From Candidatus Dojkabacteria bacterium (lineage in GTDB: Bacteria > Patescibacteriota > Dojkabacteria > SC72), in NCBI GenBank assembly GCA_050950145.1, contig JBMNHB010000001.1, forward strand, positions 492,820-556,819: a DNA stretch of 64,000 nucleotides, given 5' to 3'. The notes under the pieces are model-generated. The model had not been told where the DNA came from. It did no database searches and worked only from the letters and a program-made list of their open reading frames with translations. The translations under genes and the position numbers were made by a program. Positions within the stretch are counted from its first letter, which is position 1; each line of letters begins with the position of its first letter. Positions 9,600 to 18,854 of this stretch are shown one piece after another.

Positions 9600-10286
9600 A
9601 TGAAAAAACCAATTAAAATCATATTAACTCTTTTCCTCATACTATTGGTTCTTACACCAATATTCTTTTTCATCACATATCCTTTCTACAATGATATCGC
9701 TCTAAAGCTTAAAAATTTAAATATATATGACAGAACAAAAGAAACATTTATCACCTTACTTACAACAATATCTCCAACACCTGATAAGTTTAAAACAGAA
9801 GAGTTTTCAGCTAATTCAATTGAAGAATCTATCAAGTCTACAGATATAATTCTTGATACTAAATTACTTGAAGAACTAAATACAACATTAAGCATTGACA
9901 ATGTACTAATTGAAGGAAGAGTATTTCAAGGAACATCTTCACAAACAATGGACTTAGGATTTTGGCATTTTCCAATCTCAAAATATCCAGGACAGAAAGG
10001 AAATGCAGTGATAATAGGGCACAGATTTCTTAATTTACCTCCAGCAAAAGATACTTTCTTCAATCTAGACAAAGTTAAAATAGGAGACGAAATTGTATTA
10101 AAACATGATGAGGGAGAGTGGAAATATATTGTAACTGAAACTAACATTGTGGATGAGAATGACATCTCTGTAGTAAAAGATACTGATGACTACAGACTGA
10201 CCTTAATTACATGTACACCATTATGGACATCAGAGAAGAGGTTGGTTGTAATTGCTAAGCTAGACAAACTATACCAAAAAGTGTAG
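9600..10286 (+). CDS. Sortase family transpeptidase
   Basis: N-terminal TM anchor. Catalytic motifs VIIGHRF (His) and RLTLITCTP (TLxTC Cys) are present, with a downstream Arg. Confidence 0.6.
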   Translation: MKKPIKIILTLFLILLVLTPIFFFITYPFYNDIALKLKNLNIYDRTKETFITLLTTISPTPDKFKTEEFSANSIEESIKSTDIILDTKLLEELNTTLSIDNVLIEGRVFQGTSSQTMDLGFWHFPISKYPGQKGNAVIIGHRFLNLPPAKDTFFNLDKVKIGDEIVLKHDEGEWKYIVTETNIVDENDISVVKDTDDYRLTLITCTPLWTSEKRLVVIAKLDKLYQKV

Positions 10287-10317
10287 AATTACAGCGATAA
10301 TTTAATAGAAATATCTC

Positions 10318-11343
10318 ATGAACGATTTTTACACAAGAAAAGATGTAGATAAAAGTACCATTGAATTTACAATCACAATTCCAAAGGATGCTTTTCAGAA
10401 AAGTTACAAGGCACTCCTCGAGCAAGAGCTTAGTAATACTAAAATAGATGGTTTTAGAAAAGGAAAAGTTCCTACAGATTTGGTAGAACCACAAGTTAGC
10501 ACAAGCATTAAAACCAAAGTATTAGAGCAGTTAGTTCCAATGTATCTAACAACTGCTTTACAGAAAGAGAATATTAATCCAATTGCACCTCCAGATTACA
10601 AGAACTTTCCAGATCTATCAAAAGATGAGGATTTAGAACTTAAGGTAGGAATCACAGTAATGCCAGAATTCAAATTAGGATATTTAAATAAAGTCAAAGT
10701 CACAAAAGAGAAGGTTACTGTATCTAAGAAAGAAGTTGATGAGGCTCTAAACAATCTTTTTAAAAATGAAAATCTTGGAGAGAAAGAGATTAATGATAAA
10801 TGGGCAAAGGGTATGGCAGAGAAAATTAAAATTGAAGGTGTGAAAACATTAAAAGAGTTAGAGGAATTTGTTAAGAAAACAATTAAAGAGCAGAAAGAGA
10901 TAATAGCAAAGAGGAAGGCAGAAGAAGAAGCTTTTAATAAAGCTATTGAACTTAATAAAATAGAGATTCCACAACCAGCAATTGAATATGAAGCACAAGA
11001 GAGAGAACATTCTTTTGTTCATGATATGGGACATGACCAAACAAAGATTGATAACTTCCTTAAGGCTAATAATATTACAATGGGGAAGATGAGAGAACTT
11101 TGGTTAAAAGATGCAAAAGAAGCATTGGAGACAGATGTTTTCTTAAAACTCTATGCTAAAGAGAAAAATATAAAAGTTACTGATGAAGATTTAGCAAAGA
11201 AAATAGAGGGGATTAAATCAAAATCTCCTCAAGTTGAAAATCAGACAATATTTGAGAATGAGGAATGGAAAGAGTATGTTAGGAGAGTAGAAGTTAAAGA
11301 GAAAGCATTTAGAGAATTTATAAAAGAAGTTCTAGGAGAATAG
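10318..11343 (+). CDS. tig: Trigger factor (short form)
   Basis: N-terminal ribosome-binding domain with the GFRKGKVP signature. It lies immediately upstream of clpP, the classic tig-clpP synteny. Confidence 0.7.
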   Translation: MNDFYTRKDVDKSTIEFTITIPKDAFQKSYKALLEQELSNTKIDGFRKGKVPTDLVEPQVSTSIKTKVLEQLVPMYLTTALQKENINPIAPPDYKNFPDLSKDEDLELKVGITVMPEFKLGYLNKVKVTKEKVTVSKKEVDEALNNLFKNENLGEKEINDKWAKGMAEKIKIEGVKTLKELEEFVKKTIKEQKEIIAKRKAEEEAFNKAIELNKIEIPQPAIEYEAQEREHSFVHDMGHDQTKIDNFLKANNITMGKMRELWLKDAKEALETDVFLKLYAKEKNIKVTDEDLAKKIEGIKSKSPQVENQTIFENEEWKEYVRRVEVKEKAFREFIKEVLGE

Positions 11344-11376
11344 TAACTGCCTGTTTAAGTTTTTAAGAATTGATAT

Positions 11377-11958
11377 ATGGGTTTAATACCAACAGTTATT
11401 GAAAAAGAAAGAGGTGGTGAGAGAGCATATGATATCTATTCTAGATTATTAAAGGATAGGATAGTGTTTGTTAGTGGAAAGATAGAGACAAATATGGCAA
11501 ATACTATAGTTGCACAGCTTCTTTTTTTAGAGAAGGAAGATCCTAAGGCAGATATCCAGATGTTTATCAACTCACCAGGAGGATATATTACAGCAGGTAT
11601 GGCAATTATTGATACTATGAACTACATTAAGCCAGATGTTTCAACTACTGCTGTAGGATTAGCTGCATCTATGGGAACTATGCTCCTAATTAATGGTGCA
11701 AAAGGAAAAAGGTTTGCATTACCAAATAGTAAGATTCATATTCATCAACCACTTGGTGGAGTAGAAGGGCAAGCTAGTGATATTGCAATTGAAGCTAAGG
11801 AGATACTAAAGATTAGAGAACAGCTTTACAAAATGATTTCTGAAAAAACAGGAAAGAGCATATCTCAGATTACTAAGGATGCTGATAGAGATAAATACTT
11901 TACTGCCAAAGAGGCTAAGGCCTATGGTTTGGTAGATAAAATTATTAAGAAAAGATAA
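11377..11958 (+). CDS. clpP: ATP-dependent Clp protease proteolytic subunit
   Basis: [23 protein letters not shown]...INSPGG...GLAASMG...IHQPLGG, with the Ser-His-Asp triad context conserved. Confidence 0.9.
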   Translation: MGLIPTVIEKERGGERAYDIYSRLLKDRIVFVSGKIETNMANTIVAQLLFLEKEDPKADIQMFINSPGGYITAGMAIIDTMNYIKPDVSTTAVGLAASMGTMLLINGAKGKRFALPNSKIHIHQPLGGVEGQASDIAIEAKEILKIREQLYKMISEKTGKSISQITKDADRDKYFTAKEAKAYGLVDKIIKKR

Positions 11959-12140
11959 TAATGCCAGAGAGATATTATACAGACACAGGAGATCCGTTTG
12001 ATGCTTGTCAGAAGCAGGAAGATTTAGATGTCGTAAGAAAAAACCTTGAAGACTTTCTAAATCACGGTGATAGTGGAGATTAGGAAACTCAAAATTTACT
12101 CAATATCACAAGTAGAGATGTTAGATTTTGCATAAAGGAT

Positions 12141-12503
12141 TTGATTGATAATGGAGATATTGATGTAGAACATTACAATTGTCTAACTATTGATGATGCA
12201 GAAGAAAAGGTAATGCTATGCGATTATTTGTCAGTAACTCTCTACGATACTACTAATATGAATGGAGATATACAAGTACATATCTTAGAAGCTAAAGATT
12301 TTGGACTAACTGTTTCCGTAATACAAACAGGTAGTAAAGGTGTGTCTATAAGATTTGAACCATTAGAAGAGAGTCCTAAATTTTTGAGAAGAAAATGGAT
12401 ACAATTGATTAATGAACAGAGTAAGCATACTAGAAACAAAAAGCTTACAGGAAAAGAAAAACAAAAAAGATTTGCAGAACTTAAAAACGATTTTGGATTG
12501 TAA
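12141..12503 (+). CDS. Hypothetical protein (TTG start). It is in the same frame as an upstream 40-codon ATG ORF (11961-12083) and separated from it by one TAG.
   Basis: ORF only, with no recognisable domain. Confidence 0.3.
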   Translation: MIDNGDIDVEHYNCLTIDDAEEKVMLCDYLSVTLYDTTNMNGDIQVHILEAKDFGLTVSVIQTGSKGVSIRFEPLEESPKFLRRKWIQLINEQSKHTRNKKLTGKEKQKRFAELKNDFGL

Positions 12504-12538
12504 AAAGATTTAAAAGGATATAGAATTGTTCTTACTGT

Positions 12539-12615
12539 GGGCGATTAGCTCAGCTGGTTAGAGCGTCACATTGACATTGTGGAGGTCACAGGTTCGAGCC
12601 CCGTATCGCCCACCA
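12539..12615 (+). tRNA. tRNA-Val (anticodon GAC), CCA encoded
   Basis: Acceptor stem GGGCGAT/ATCGCCC. D-arm GCTCAGCTGGTTAGAGC. Anticodon stem-loop TCACA-TTGACAT-TGTGG gives anticodon GAC. T-loop GGTTCGAGCC. Discriminator A plus CCA. Confidence 0.85.
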
Positions 12616-12671
12616 TTTCGTTTTAGGATATGACAAGCAAAACTAAATATGTTTGTTAGTGAGAGATAATA

Positions 12672-13328
12672 ATGACAAAAGAAAAAGAGGTACTTTCCGT
12701 TTTTACAGAAATTTACAACCTAAATGTTTGTGGAGAAGATCCTCTTAAAATATACAGAGATATATCAAAAACAAATGTTAACTCCAAAGTTATGATTATT
12801 GCAGAAGCAATGGCACCAAAACAGGTTAGATTATCAGGAGTAAACTATTTCTACAAAGATGGAAGGATTGGAAGTACTGGTAAATATTTAGAAAAATTTC
12901 TAAACCTGTTTAATCACAGTGTATATCCTAATCACCCAAATTGTGTATATCATACTGAGATTGTTCACAATTTCCCAGGATATATTATAAAAAATGGGAA
13001 AAGAAATATTAGAAGACCCAATTCTGAAGAGATAAAGAAATCTGTTGAAAGTGGAATACTACAAAAAGAGATAGAAATAATAGAACCTAAGTTAATACTC
13101 TTAATGGGAAATACTGCCTATACCACATTCTACACACATTTTTTAAAACAGAAACTAGAAAGAAACTTATCAGAAGAGATAGAGAAAATTAGTTTAACAG
13201 GCATTTATAAAAAGTATAAAGACATTCCAGTTATTCCAATACAACATAGTTCAGGAGCAAATCCCAGATTCTCTAAGTTTCTAAAGAATAATAACCTTTT
13301 AGAAATAATTAAAAGAGTGTTGATATAA
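12672..13328 (+). CDS. Uracil-DNA glycosylase superfamily protein (family 4/5-like)
   Basis: VMIIAEAMAPKQVRLSGVNYF...GSTGKYLEKFL resembles the GEAPG...G.PF.G.aG motif region. LILLMGNTAY resembles the second UDG motif. Confidence 0.4.
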   Translation: MTKEKEVLSVFTEIYNLNVCGEDPLKIYRDISKTNVNSKVMIIAEAMAPKQVRLSGVNYFYKDGRIGSTGKYLEKFLNLFNHSVYPNHPNCVYHTEIVHNFPGYIIKNGKRNIRRPNSEEIKKSVESGILQKEIEIIEPKLILLMGNTAYTTFYTHFLKQKLERNLSEEIEKISLTGIYKKYKDIPVIPIQHSSGANPRFSKFLKNNNLLEIIKRVLI

Positions 13329-13342
13329 TAGTTGTAACTAAT

Positions 13343-14500
13343 ATGAAACTAACAGAGAAAACACAGAACCAAGAGGATATAGAATACTTACAAAAGCAAT
13401 CAGAAAAGACTCACTTTGATCTCTACAGAAACATCAGCAAAGAAGAGTTCACTTCCTCATTGAAAAAAGCAACAGAGGTTAAATCTGAATTTTTCGAACT
13501 TGCTATCCAAGAATCTCTAGCTCTCTTAGGTGATGCACACACATATGTATATGGAACAACTGATTACGAATTACTACCATTAAGAACAAAAGAAATAGAT
13601 GGGAACTTTTACATAATAGGAGCATCAAGAGAATATGAAGATATGTTAGGACAAAGAATAGAGAAAATTAATGGTTATAAATTAAAAGATATTCTAGAAA
13701 AAGTATCTAGACTGTCATCAAAAGAAAATAAAGAGCTTCTACTAAAAGAAAATGCAGCAGATATTATCTCTAATAGAGTTTTAAGATACTACGGTTTTAG
13801 TAATGATTCATTAGTAAAAATAACAACGGAGAAAGGTACTAGAGATGTTGATACAAAAGATGACAGTGCAATTAGAACACTCAATCCTTTTGACTGGAGA
13901 AAGGAAGATACTAAAGACCCAACCTTCATAGGAAATGAAATTTATAGATTTAGGATATTAGGTAATACTTTACTTTTCCAATACAATGAATGTACCAATG
14001 AAGGTAAAACTAAAGAAGAATTAAAAGAGTTTAAAAAGCAATTACTAGAAAAAGTTAAATCTGTAAAATCAATTGTTGTAGATTTAAGGCAAAATGGAGG
14101 TGGAGACACCGACATTATGGAGGACCTCTTTAATAAACTTCCTGAAAATAAAAACATTTATGTAGCAATTGGTCGGAATACATACTCATCAGCAATACAT
14201 CATCTCCTATATTTAAAAAACAAAAAAGGAGCAATACTAATAGGAGAGAATGCTGGACAAAAACCTAGTAGATTTGGAGACAGTAAAGAATTTGTCCTAC
14301 CTCATTCACAACTGAAAGTTACATGTTCTTTTAGATACTTTGAACTTTTACCTGGGAAGGATATTGATGTAATAGAACCAGATATTAAAATTCCTGTTAA
14401 AATTGACAACTATATAAACAACATAGATCCTCTTAATGAATGGATCAAGGAAAATATGAATTCTAATCCTTATGAGCATAATCCCCATACTTCCCACTAA
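13343..14500 (+). CDS. S41 family C-terminal processing peptidase-like protein
   Basis: VVDLRQNGGGDTDIM matches the S41 DLRNNPGG motif, and GRNTYSSAIHHL matches the TaSAsE region. Confidence 0.55.
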   Translation: MKLTEKTQNQEDIEYLQKQSEKTHFDLYRNISKEEFTSSLKKATEVKSEFFELAIQESLALLGDAHTYVYGTTDYELLPLRTKEIDGNFYIIGASREYEDMLGQRIEKINGYKLKDILEKVSRLSSKENKELLLKENAADIISNRVLRYYGFSNDSLVKITTEKGTRDVDTKDDSAIRTLNPFDWRKEDTKDPTFIGNEIYRFRILGNTLLFQYNECTNEGKTKEELKEFKKQLLEKVKSVKSIVVDLRQNGGGDTDIMEDLFNKLPENKNIYVAIGRNTYSSAIHHLLYLKNKKGAILIGENAGQKPSRFGDSKEFVLPHSQLKVTCSFRYFELLPGKDIDVIEPDIKIPVKIDNYINNIDPLNEWIKENMNSNPYEHNPHTSH

Positions 14501-15011
14501 TAGGATCTTTAAAGATAAAGGCCTTAGGAGGAAAGTAAGAGAAAATTGCAAAAAGTACACCTATTATCACAACAAATACTGTTGCAATAAACTCACCAAA
14601 TAATAAAATTCCCTTAGTTAATATCCTATACTCTACCAACAACCCGATTGCTATTGAAAGAAAAAATATTACAATTGTTAACCAAAGAGGAACTTTTTTC
14701 ATAATTACTCTTAAAGGTTCAAAGAGTAGAGGCATTGCGATAAGTTCCATAAAAAGAAGGGCTAGAGTAGCATTCCAAAAATTAGAATAAACACCCTTAA
14801 AAGCAAAATACTGAAATACAATAACTAAAATAGTAGGAGCTAAAAGTAACTTCATATGCTCCCATGTACTTTCATTAAGAGCAGAAAAAACATGTAAAAG
14901 GATCCCTTTCTTAAACCAACCATGAGTAAAATGGAGTAGGGTACCAAATGTTGAGATTACAAAAAACGAAATTAGCAACACTTTCCAGAGTTCCATACTA
15001 AAGTATAACAC
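14463..15011 (-). CDS. Hypothetical polytopic membrane protein
   Basis: 5-6 predicted TM helices. Its 3' end overlaps the convergent S41 peptidase gene by about 38 nt. Confidence 0.35.
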   Translation of the reverse strand: MLYFSMELWKVLLISFFVISTFGTLLHFTHGWFKKGILLHVFSALNESTWEHMKLLLAPTILVIVFQYFAFKGVYSNFWNATLALLFMELIAMPLLFEPLRVIMKKVPLWLTIVIFFLSIAIGLLVEYRILTKGILLFGEFIATVFVVIIGVLFAIFSYFPPKAFIFKDPISGKYGDYAHKD

Positions 15012-15980
15012 TTAACCAACAAGTTGTAACAACACTTCTCTTACACCTTCAACAGTATCTAAATCCATAAGGGTAGTTCGTAATTCAACAGCCCCTTCAA
15101 AATTACTAATATATGCTTTAATATATTTTTTCTGACTATTAAATATATCCATATTCCCTTTTTCTTTTTCAAATATATCTAAATGATGAAGTAGGGTAGT
15201 TATTCTCTCTTCCTTGCTAATATTTCCATTCTGTTTTTCTAAATCTCCTGAAAACAACCAAGGATTATTTAATATTGCTCTTCCAATCAGAACACCATCT
15301 ACTTTGTACTTTTCTACATATTCCTCTGCTTGAGATTTACTCTTAACATCACCATTTCCTAAGATTATAGTTTTTGGGGAAATACTATCTCTTAACTTTA
15401 CACTCCTAGCTATCTCATCCCATCTAGATGGAGTAGCATATCCTTCTCTAGAGAGTCTCCCATGTACAGTTATCATATCTAAACCTTGCTCAAGCAGAAA
15501 ATTTATCCACTCTTCTGTTTCTATCTTCTCAAAACCAATCCTTGTCTTTACACTAACAGGGATATTCCCAACACTCTGTTTTACTGCATCTATAATCTCC
15601 CCAGCCAAAACCTTATCATTAATCAAAGCAGATCCTCTACCTCCTGAGAGAACATCCCTAACAGAACAACCCATGTTAATATCAATTCCATCAGGTTTTA
15701 ACTGCTTAAGGTATTCAATTGTTTCTACATAGTATTCAGGAACATTCCCCCAAAGCTGTATAATAATTGGTCTCTCAACATCCCTAAACGCCAATCTATG
15801 TATAACTTTCTCTCTACCTTTAGAACAGAAGCCTTCAACATTGAGAAATTCAGTAAAGAACAAATCTGGCTTACCAATCTCACAAATAACTTGCCTAAAA
15901 ACAGTATCTGTAATACCTTCCATAGGAGCAAGAGCAAATATATAATCTTTCTTTTCAAGTATCTGTTTGTATATATTCAT
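15012..15980 (-). CDS. tRNA-dihydrouridine synthase
   Basis: ALAPMEGITDTVFRQVICEIGKPDLFFTEF is the Dus family N-terminal TIM-barrel signature. Conserved Cys (NMGCS) and FMN-binding residues are present. Confidence 0.8.
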   Translation of the reverse strand: MNIYKQILEKKDYIFALAPMEGITDTVFRQVICEIGKPDLFFTEFLNVEGFCSKGREKVIHRLAFRDVERPIIIQLWGNVPEYYVETIEYLKQLKPDGIDINMGCSVRDVLSGGRGSALINDKVLAGEIIDAVKQSVGNIPVSVKTRIGFEKIETEEWINFLLEQGLDMITVHGRLSREGYATPSRWDEIARSVKLRDSISPKTIILGNGDVKSKSQAEEYVEKYKVDGVLIGRAILNNPWLFSGDLEKQNGNISKEERITTLLHHLDIFEKEKGNMDIFNSQKKYIKAYISNFEGAVELRTTLMDLDTVEGVREVLLQLVG

Positions 15981-16111
15981 AAATGTATTCTACCACACAC
16001 TTTTCTTTTTCATTAACCTATCCAAAATCCTTGCAATCCACAACTTAACTCTGTACTATTTAGTATCAAATAGTATCTTTTAATTAATATTAAATTAAAG
16101 GAGGAAGGTTT

Positions 16112-18172
16112 ATGAAAGAAGAGTACAAACCACTATTCACCCCATGGAAGATTGGTAATCTTGAAATCAAAAACAGGATTGTTATGACATCTATGGGTGG
16201 TACTTCACTCTTTGGATGGATGGAACCATTCGGTAACCATTTTGACAAAGAGGCAGCCAATTTCATCTTAGAACGGGCAAAGAATAATGTAGGATTAATA
16301 CTCCCTGGTATTGCTCCAATTCGTGATATTCTTTGGGGAAAATGGCTATACAAAGGTAAAGGCAAATTCAAAGAACTTAAAGAATTTATGGATGAATTTC
16401 ATAAAACAGGTTCCAAACTATTCATTCAACTAGGTGCAGGTTTCGGGAGAAGTTTAGCAATTAATCACCTAATGGCAGAGGCGTATCATAATAAATTGCT
16501 AGGAACACTTCTTAAGCCAGTCATTGATGTTGATTACCTAACAGCTAGTGCAAGTGCAACACCAAACCGTTGGCTTGAATCTGTAATGTCAAGGCCAATG
16601 ACAGAGAAAGAAATACAGGAAATCGTTGATGGTTTTGCTAAAACAGCTAAACTTTGCCAAGAGGCTGGAGTTGATGGTATTGAAGTACACGCTGTTCATG
16701 AAGGTTATCTTCTTGACCAATTTACAATGAAATATACAAATTTCAGGGATGATAAATATGGAGGTTCATTTGAGAATAGATATAGATTTCCTGTTGAAAT
16801 AGTGCAGGCAATTAAAAAAGAGTGTGGTAAAGATTTCCCTGTATCACTTAGATATTCGGTCGTTTCTAAGACAAAAGGATTCGGACAAGGAGCACTTCCA
16901 GGTGAAGAATACACTGAAGTAGGAAGAGATATGGAGGAGTCAAGACAAGCTGCAAAATATCTACAAGATGCAGGGTATGATATGTTAAATTGTGATAATG
17001 GAACATATGATGCTTGGTACTGGGCTCATCCTCCAGGGTATATGCCTCACAACTGTAATCTTGAAGATGTTGAAGAAATTAGAAAATCTGTTGACATCCC
17101 TGTAGTTTGTGCAGGTAGAATGACACCATTGGCAGCAGCTGAATCGATAAAAGAGGGGAAGATTGATGCAATGGGAGTTGCTAGACAATTCCTTACTGAC
17201 CCTGAGTGGATAACTAAACTCATGAACGGTGATGAGGAAAGTATAAAGCCATGTATCTGTTGTCACAATGCTTGTTTCAGCATGGCTCATTACAAAGGAG
17301 TAGGAAATGACCAATCAATTTCAGATAACGCAGGGATGGCAAGATGTGCACTAAATCCAACAACTATGCAGTCCAAGAAATACAAGATTGTTAAAACAAA
17401 AAATCCTAAACATATTGCAATCATAGGAGCAGGAATAGGAGGAATGGAAGTTGCAAGACTCTTAACACTACGAGGTCACAAGGCAACTATTTATGAAAAG
17501 ACTGACAGGGTAGGAGGAGTTTTTACATATGCTTCAACACCTGCCTTTAAGGATAAAGAGAAAGCCTTGCTTGATTGGTATGAAAAAGAGATGAAAGATC
17601 TACAAATTGAGATTAAGTTTAATACTGAAGTAACTGATTTAGATCAAATAGATGCAGAGGAAGTAATTGTTGCAATAGGTGCAACACCAAAAAGATTAAA
17701 GATAAAAGGGATTGAGAATACAATTGAAGCATGTGACTATCTAAAAGACAACTCTAAAGCTGGAGATAAAGTTCTCATCATTGGTGGAGGTTTAACTGGA
17801 TGTGAAATTGCACTAGATCTATACCAAAAAGGTAAGATACCTATCATCGTTGAAGCAAGGAATGATTTAATAGCTGTAAGAGGCGTCTGTTTGGCAAACA
17901 GTTCATATCTCAGAGAGTTCTTTGCATTAAATAATGTTGATGTCCATCTAGAAGCTTCCGTTCAGGAGATAACAAAGGATGGGGTTGCCATAAAGAACAA
18001 AGATGGTAAAGAAATTTTCATAGAAGCAGATACTGTCATTATGTCAGTTGGGTATAATCCGAAAACTATTCCTGAGACAAAACGCAAAATCCATTTAGTA
18101 GGAGATTGTCATGAAGTTGGAAACTTAAGAACAGTTACCTGGAGAGCATGGGATGTTGGAATGAAAATTTAA
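16112..18172 (+). CDS. NADH:flavin oxidoreductase of the Old Yellow Enzyme family, fused to a C-terminal FAD/NAD(P)-binding domain (2,4-dienoyl-CoA reductase / NADH oxidase-like)
   Basis: N-terminal OYE TIM barrel (PWKIGNLEIKNRIVMTSMG), a Cys cluster CICCHNAC, and a Rossmann IAIIGAGIGGMEVA. It appears GC-richer than its neighbours and is followed by a REP doublet. Confidence 0.8.
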   Translation: MKEEYKPLFTPWKIGNLEIKNRIVMTSMGGTSLFGWMEPFGNHFDKEAANFILERAKNNVGLILPGIAPIRDILWGKWLYKGKGKFKELKEFMDEFHKTGSKLFIQLGAGFGRSLAINHLMAEAYHNKLLGTLLKPVIDVDYLTASASATPNRWLESVMSRPMTEKEIQEIVDGFAKTAKLCQEAGVDGIEVHAVHEGYLLDQFTMKYTNFRDDKYGGSFENRYRFPVEIVQAIKKECGKDFPVSLRYSVVSKTKGFGQGALPGEEYTEVGRDMEESRQAAKYLQDAGYDMLNCDNGTYDAWYWAHPPGYMPHNCNLEDVEEIRKSVDIPVVCAGRMTPLAAAESIKEGKIDAMGVARQFLTDPEWITKLMNGDEESIKPCICCHNACFSMAHYKGVGNDQSISDNAGMARCALNPTTMQSKKYKIVKTKNPKHIAIIGAGIGGMEVARLLTLRGHKATIYEKTDRVGGVFTYASTPAFKDKEKALLDWYEKEMKDLQIEIKFNTEVTDLDQIDAEEVIVAIGATPKRLKIKGIENTIEACDYLKDNSKAGDKVLIIGGGLTGCEIALDLYQKGKIPIIVEARNDLIAVRGVCLANSSYLREFFALNNVDVHLEASVQEITKDGVAIKNKDGKEIFIEADTVIMSVGYNPKTIPETKRKIHLVGDCHEVGNLRTVTWRAWDVGMKI

Positions 18173-18177
18173 CCCAC

Positions 18178-18200
18178 CAGGCCTGGCCTAGGTCTGACCT
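18178..18200. repeat. REP-like element variant CAGGCCTGGCCTAGGTCTGACCT
   Basis: Four mismatches to the 4272-4294 REP. It lies 6 nt after the oxidoreductase stop codon. Confidence 0.65.
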
Positions 18201-18363
18201 TCGTTCATAACTTTTTAATCCACCCAAAAGGTCTACTACTACTACTAAGTAATTACAATATCCTATGTCTCCCTAGACCCAAAATTTTTACAAAATACAA
18301 AAGTTTGTTTCAAGGATAACTCTTAGGAAGAGGTTTGGAAGATGATTAAATATAGATTAACGT

Positions 18364-18386
18364 GGGGCAGACCTAGGTCAGACCTG
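18364..18386. repeat. REP-like element GGGGCAGACCTAGGTCAGACCTG (identical to 4808-4830)
   Basis: Exact 23-mer repeat with the same TTAACGYG prefix. It forms an inverted doublet with 18178-18200 around about 163 bp of ORF-less DNA. Confidence 0.8.
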
Positions 18387-18403
18387 ATGACCCTTACCAA
18401 CCC

Positions 18404-18853
18404 TTGCAAGAGAAGAGATTTTCGCATAAACTGGTAGGAAGAAGAAATACTGCCCAAATGGAACAAAAAAATCTACTAAAAAACACAGGTCAACAACTGA
18501 TTGACACAGATAGAACCGATTCATACTTACAAATCCTTGTATATTACATACAAGATTTCCTAAACTGGTGGTATGTTAAAATGTCTGTAAGACACCTAAA
18601 AATCCTAGGAAGACTATCAACAATCGTAGATGACAACCTTTCAATATCATTACTTTTCAAAAACTTCTTTACCCCATGGCATAGAGATAGAACAATAATA
18701 GGATATTTCTTCGGAATCTTTATCAAACTACTTTACCTTCCAATAGCACTAGTAATATACATGTCAATAATATTTCTTTACATGACATTCATTTTGATTT
18801 GGTTAATTCTGCCAATAGTAACAATCGTATTTATAATAACATCAATATTTTAA
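18404..18853 (+). CDS. Hypothetical small membrane protein
   Basis: The C-terminal half is strongly hydrophobic (2-3 TM). Its stop abuts the start of the ClpC-like gene, suggesting an operon. Confidence 0.3.
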   Translation: MQEKRFSHKLVGRRNTAQMEQKNLLKNTGQQLIDTDRTDSYLQILVYYIQDFLNWWYVKMSVRHLKILGRLSTIVDDNLSISLLFKNFFTPWHRDRTIIGYFFGIFIKLLYLPIALVIYMSIIFLYMTFILIWLILPIVTIVFIITSIF

Positions 18854-18854
18854 A

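Noticed and set aside
11961-12503. Programmed stop-codon read-through or TAG recoding for the clpP-downstream ORF pair
   Set aside because: It is a single instance with no supporting context, and the shared frame has a 1/3 chance probability. It is kept only as a low-interest pseudogene or error candidate.
16090-16371. Minus-strand 93-aa ORF overlapping the start of the oxidoreductase gene
   Set aside because: It is antisense to the conserved OYE N-terminus.
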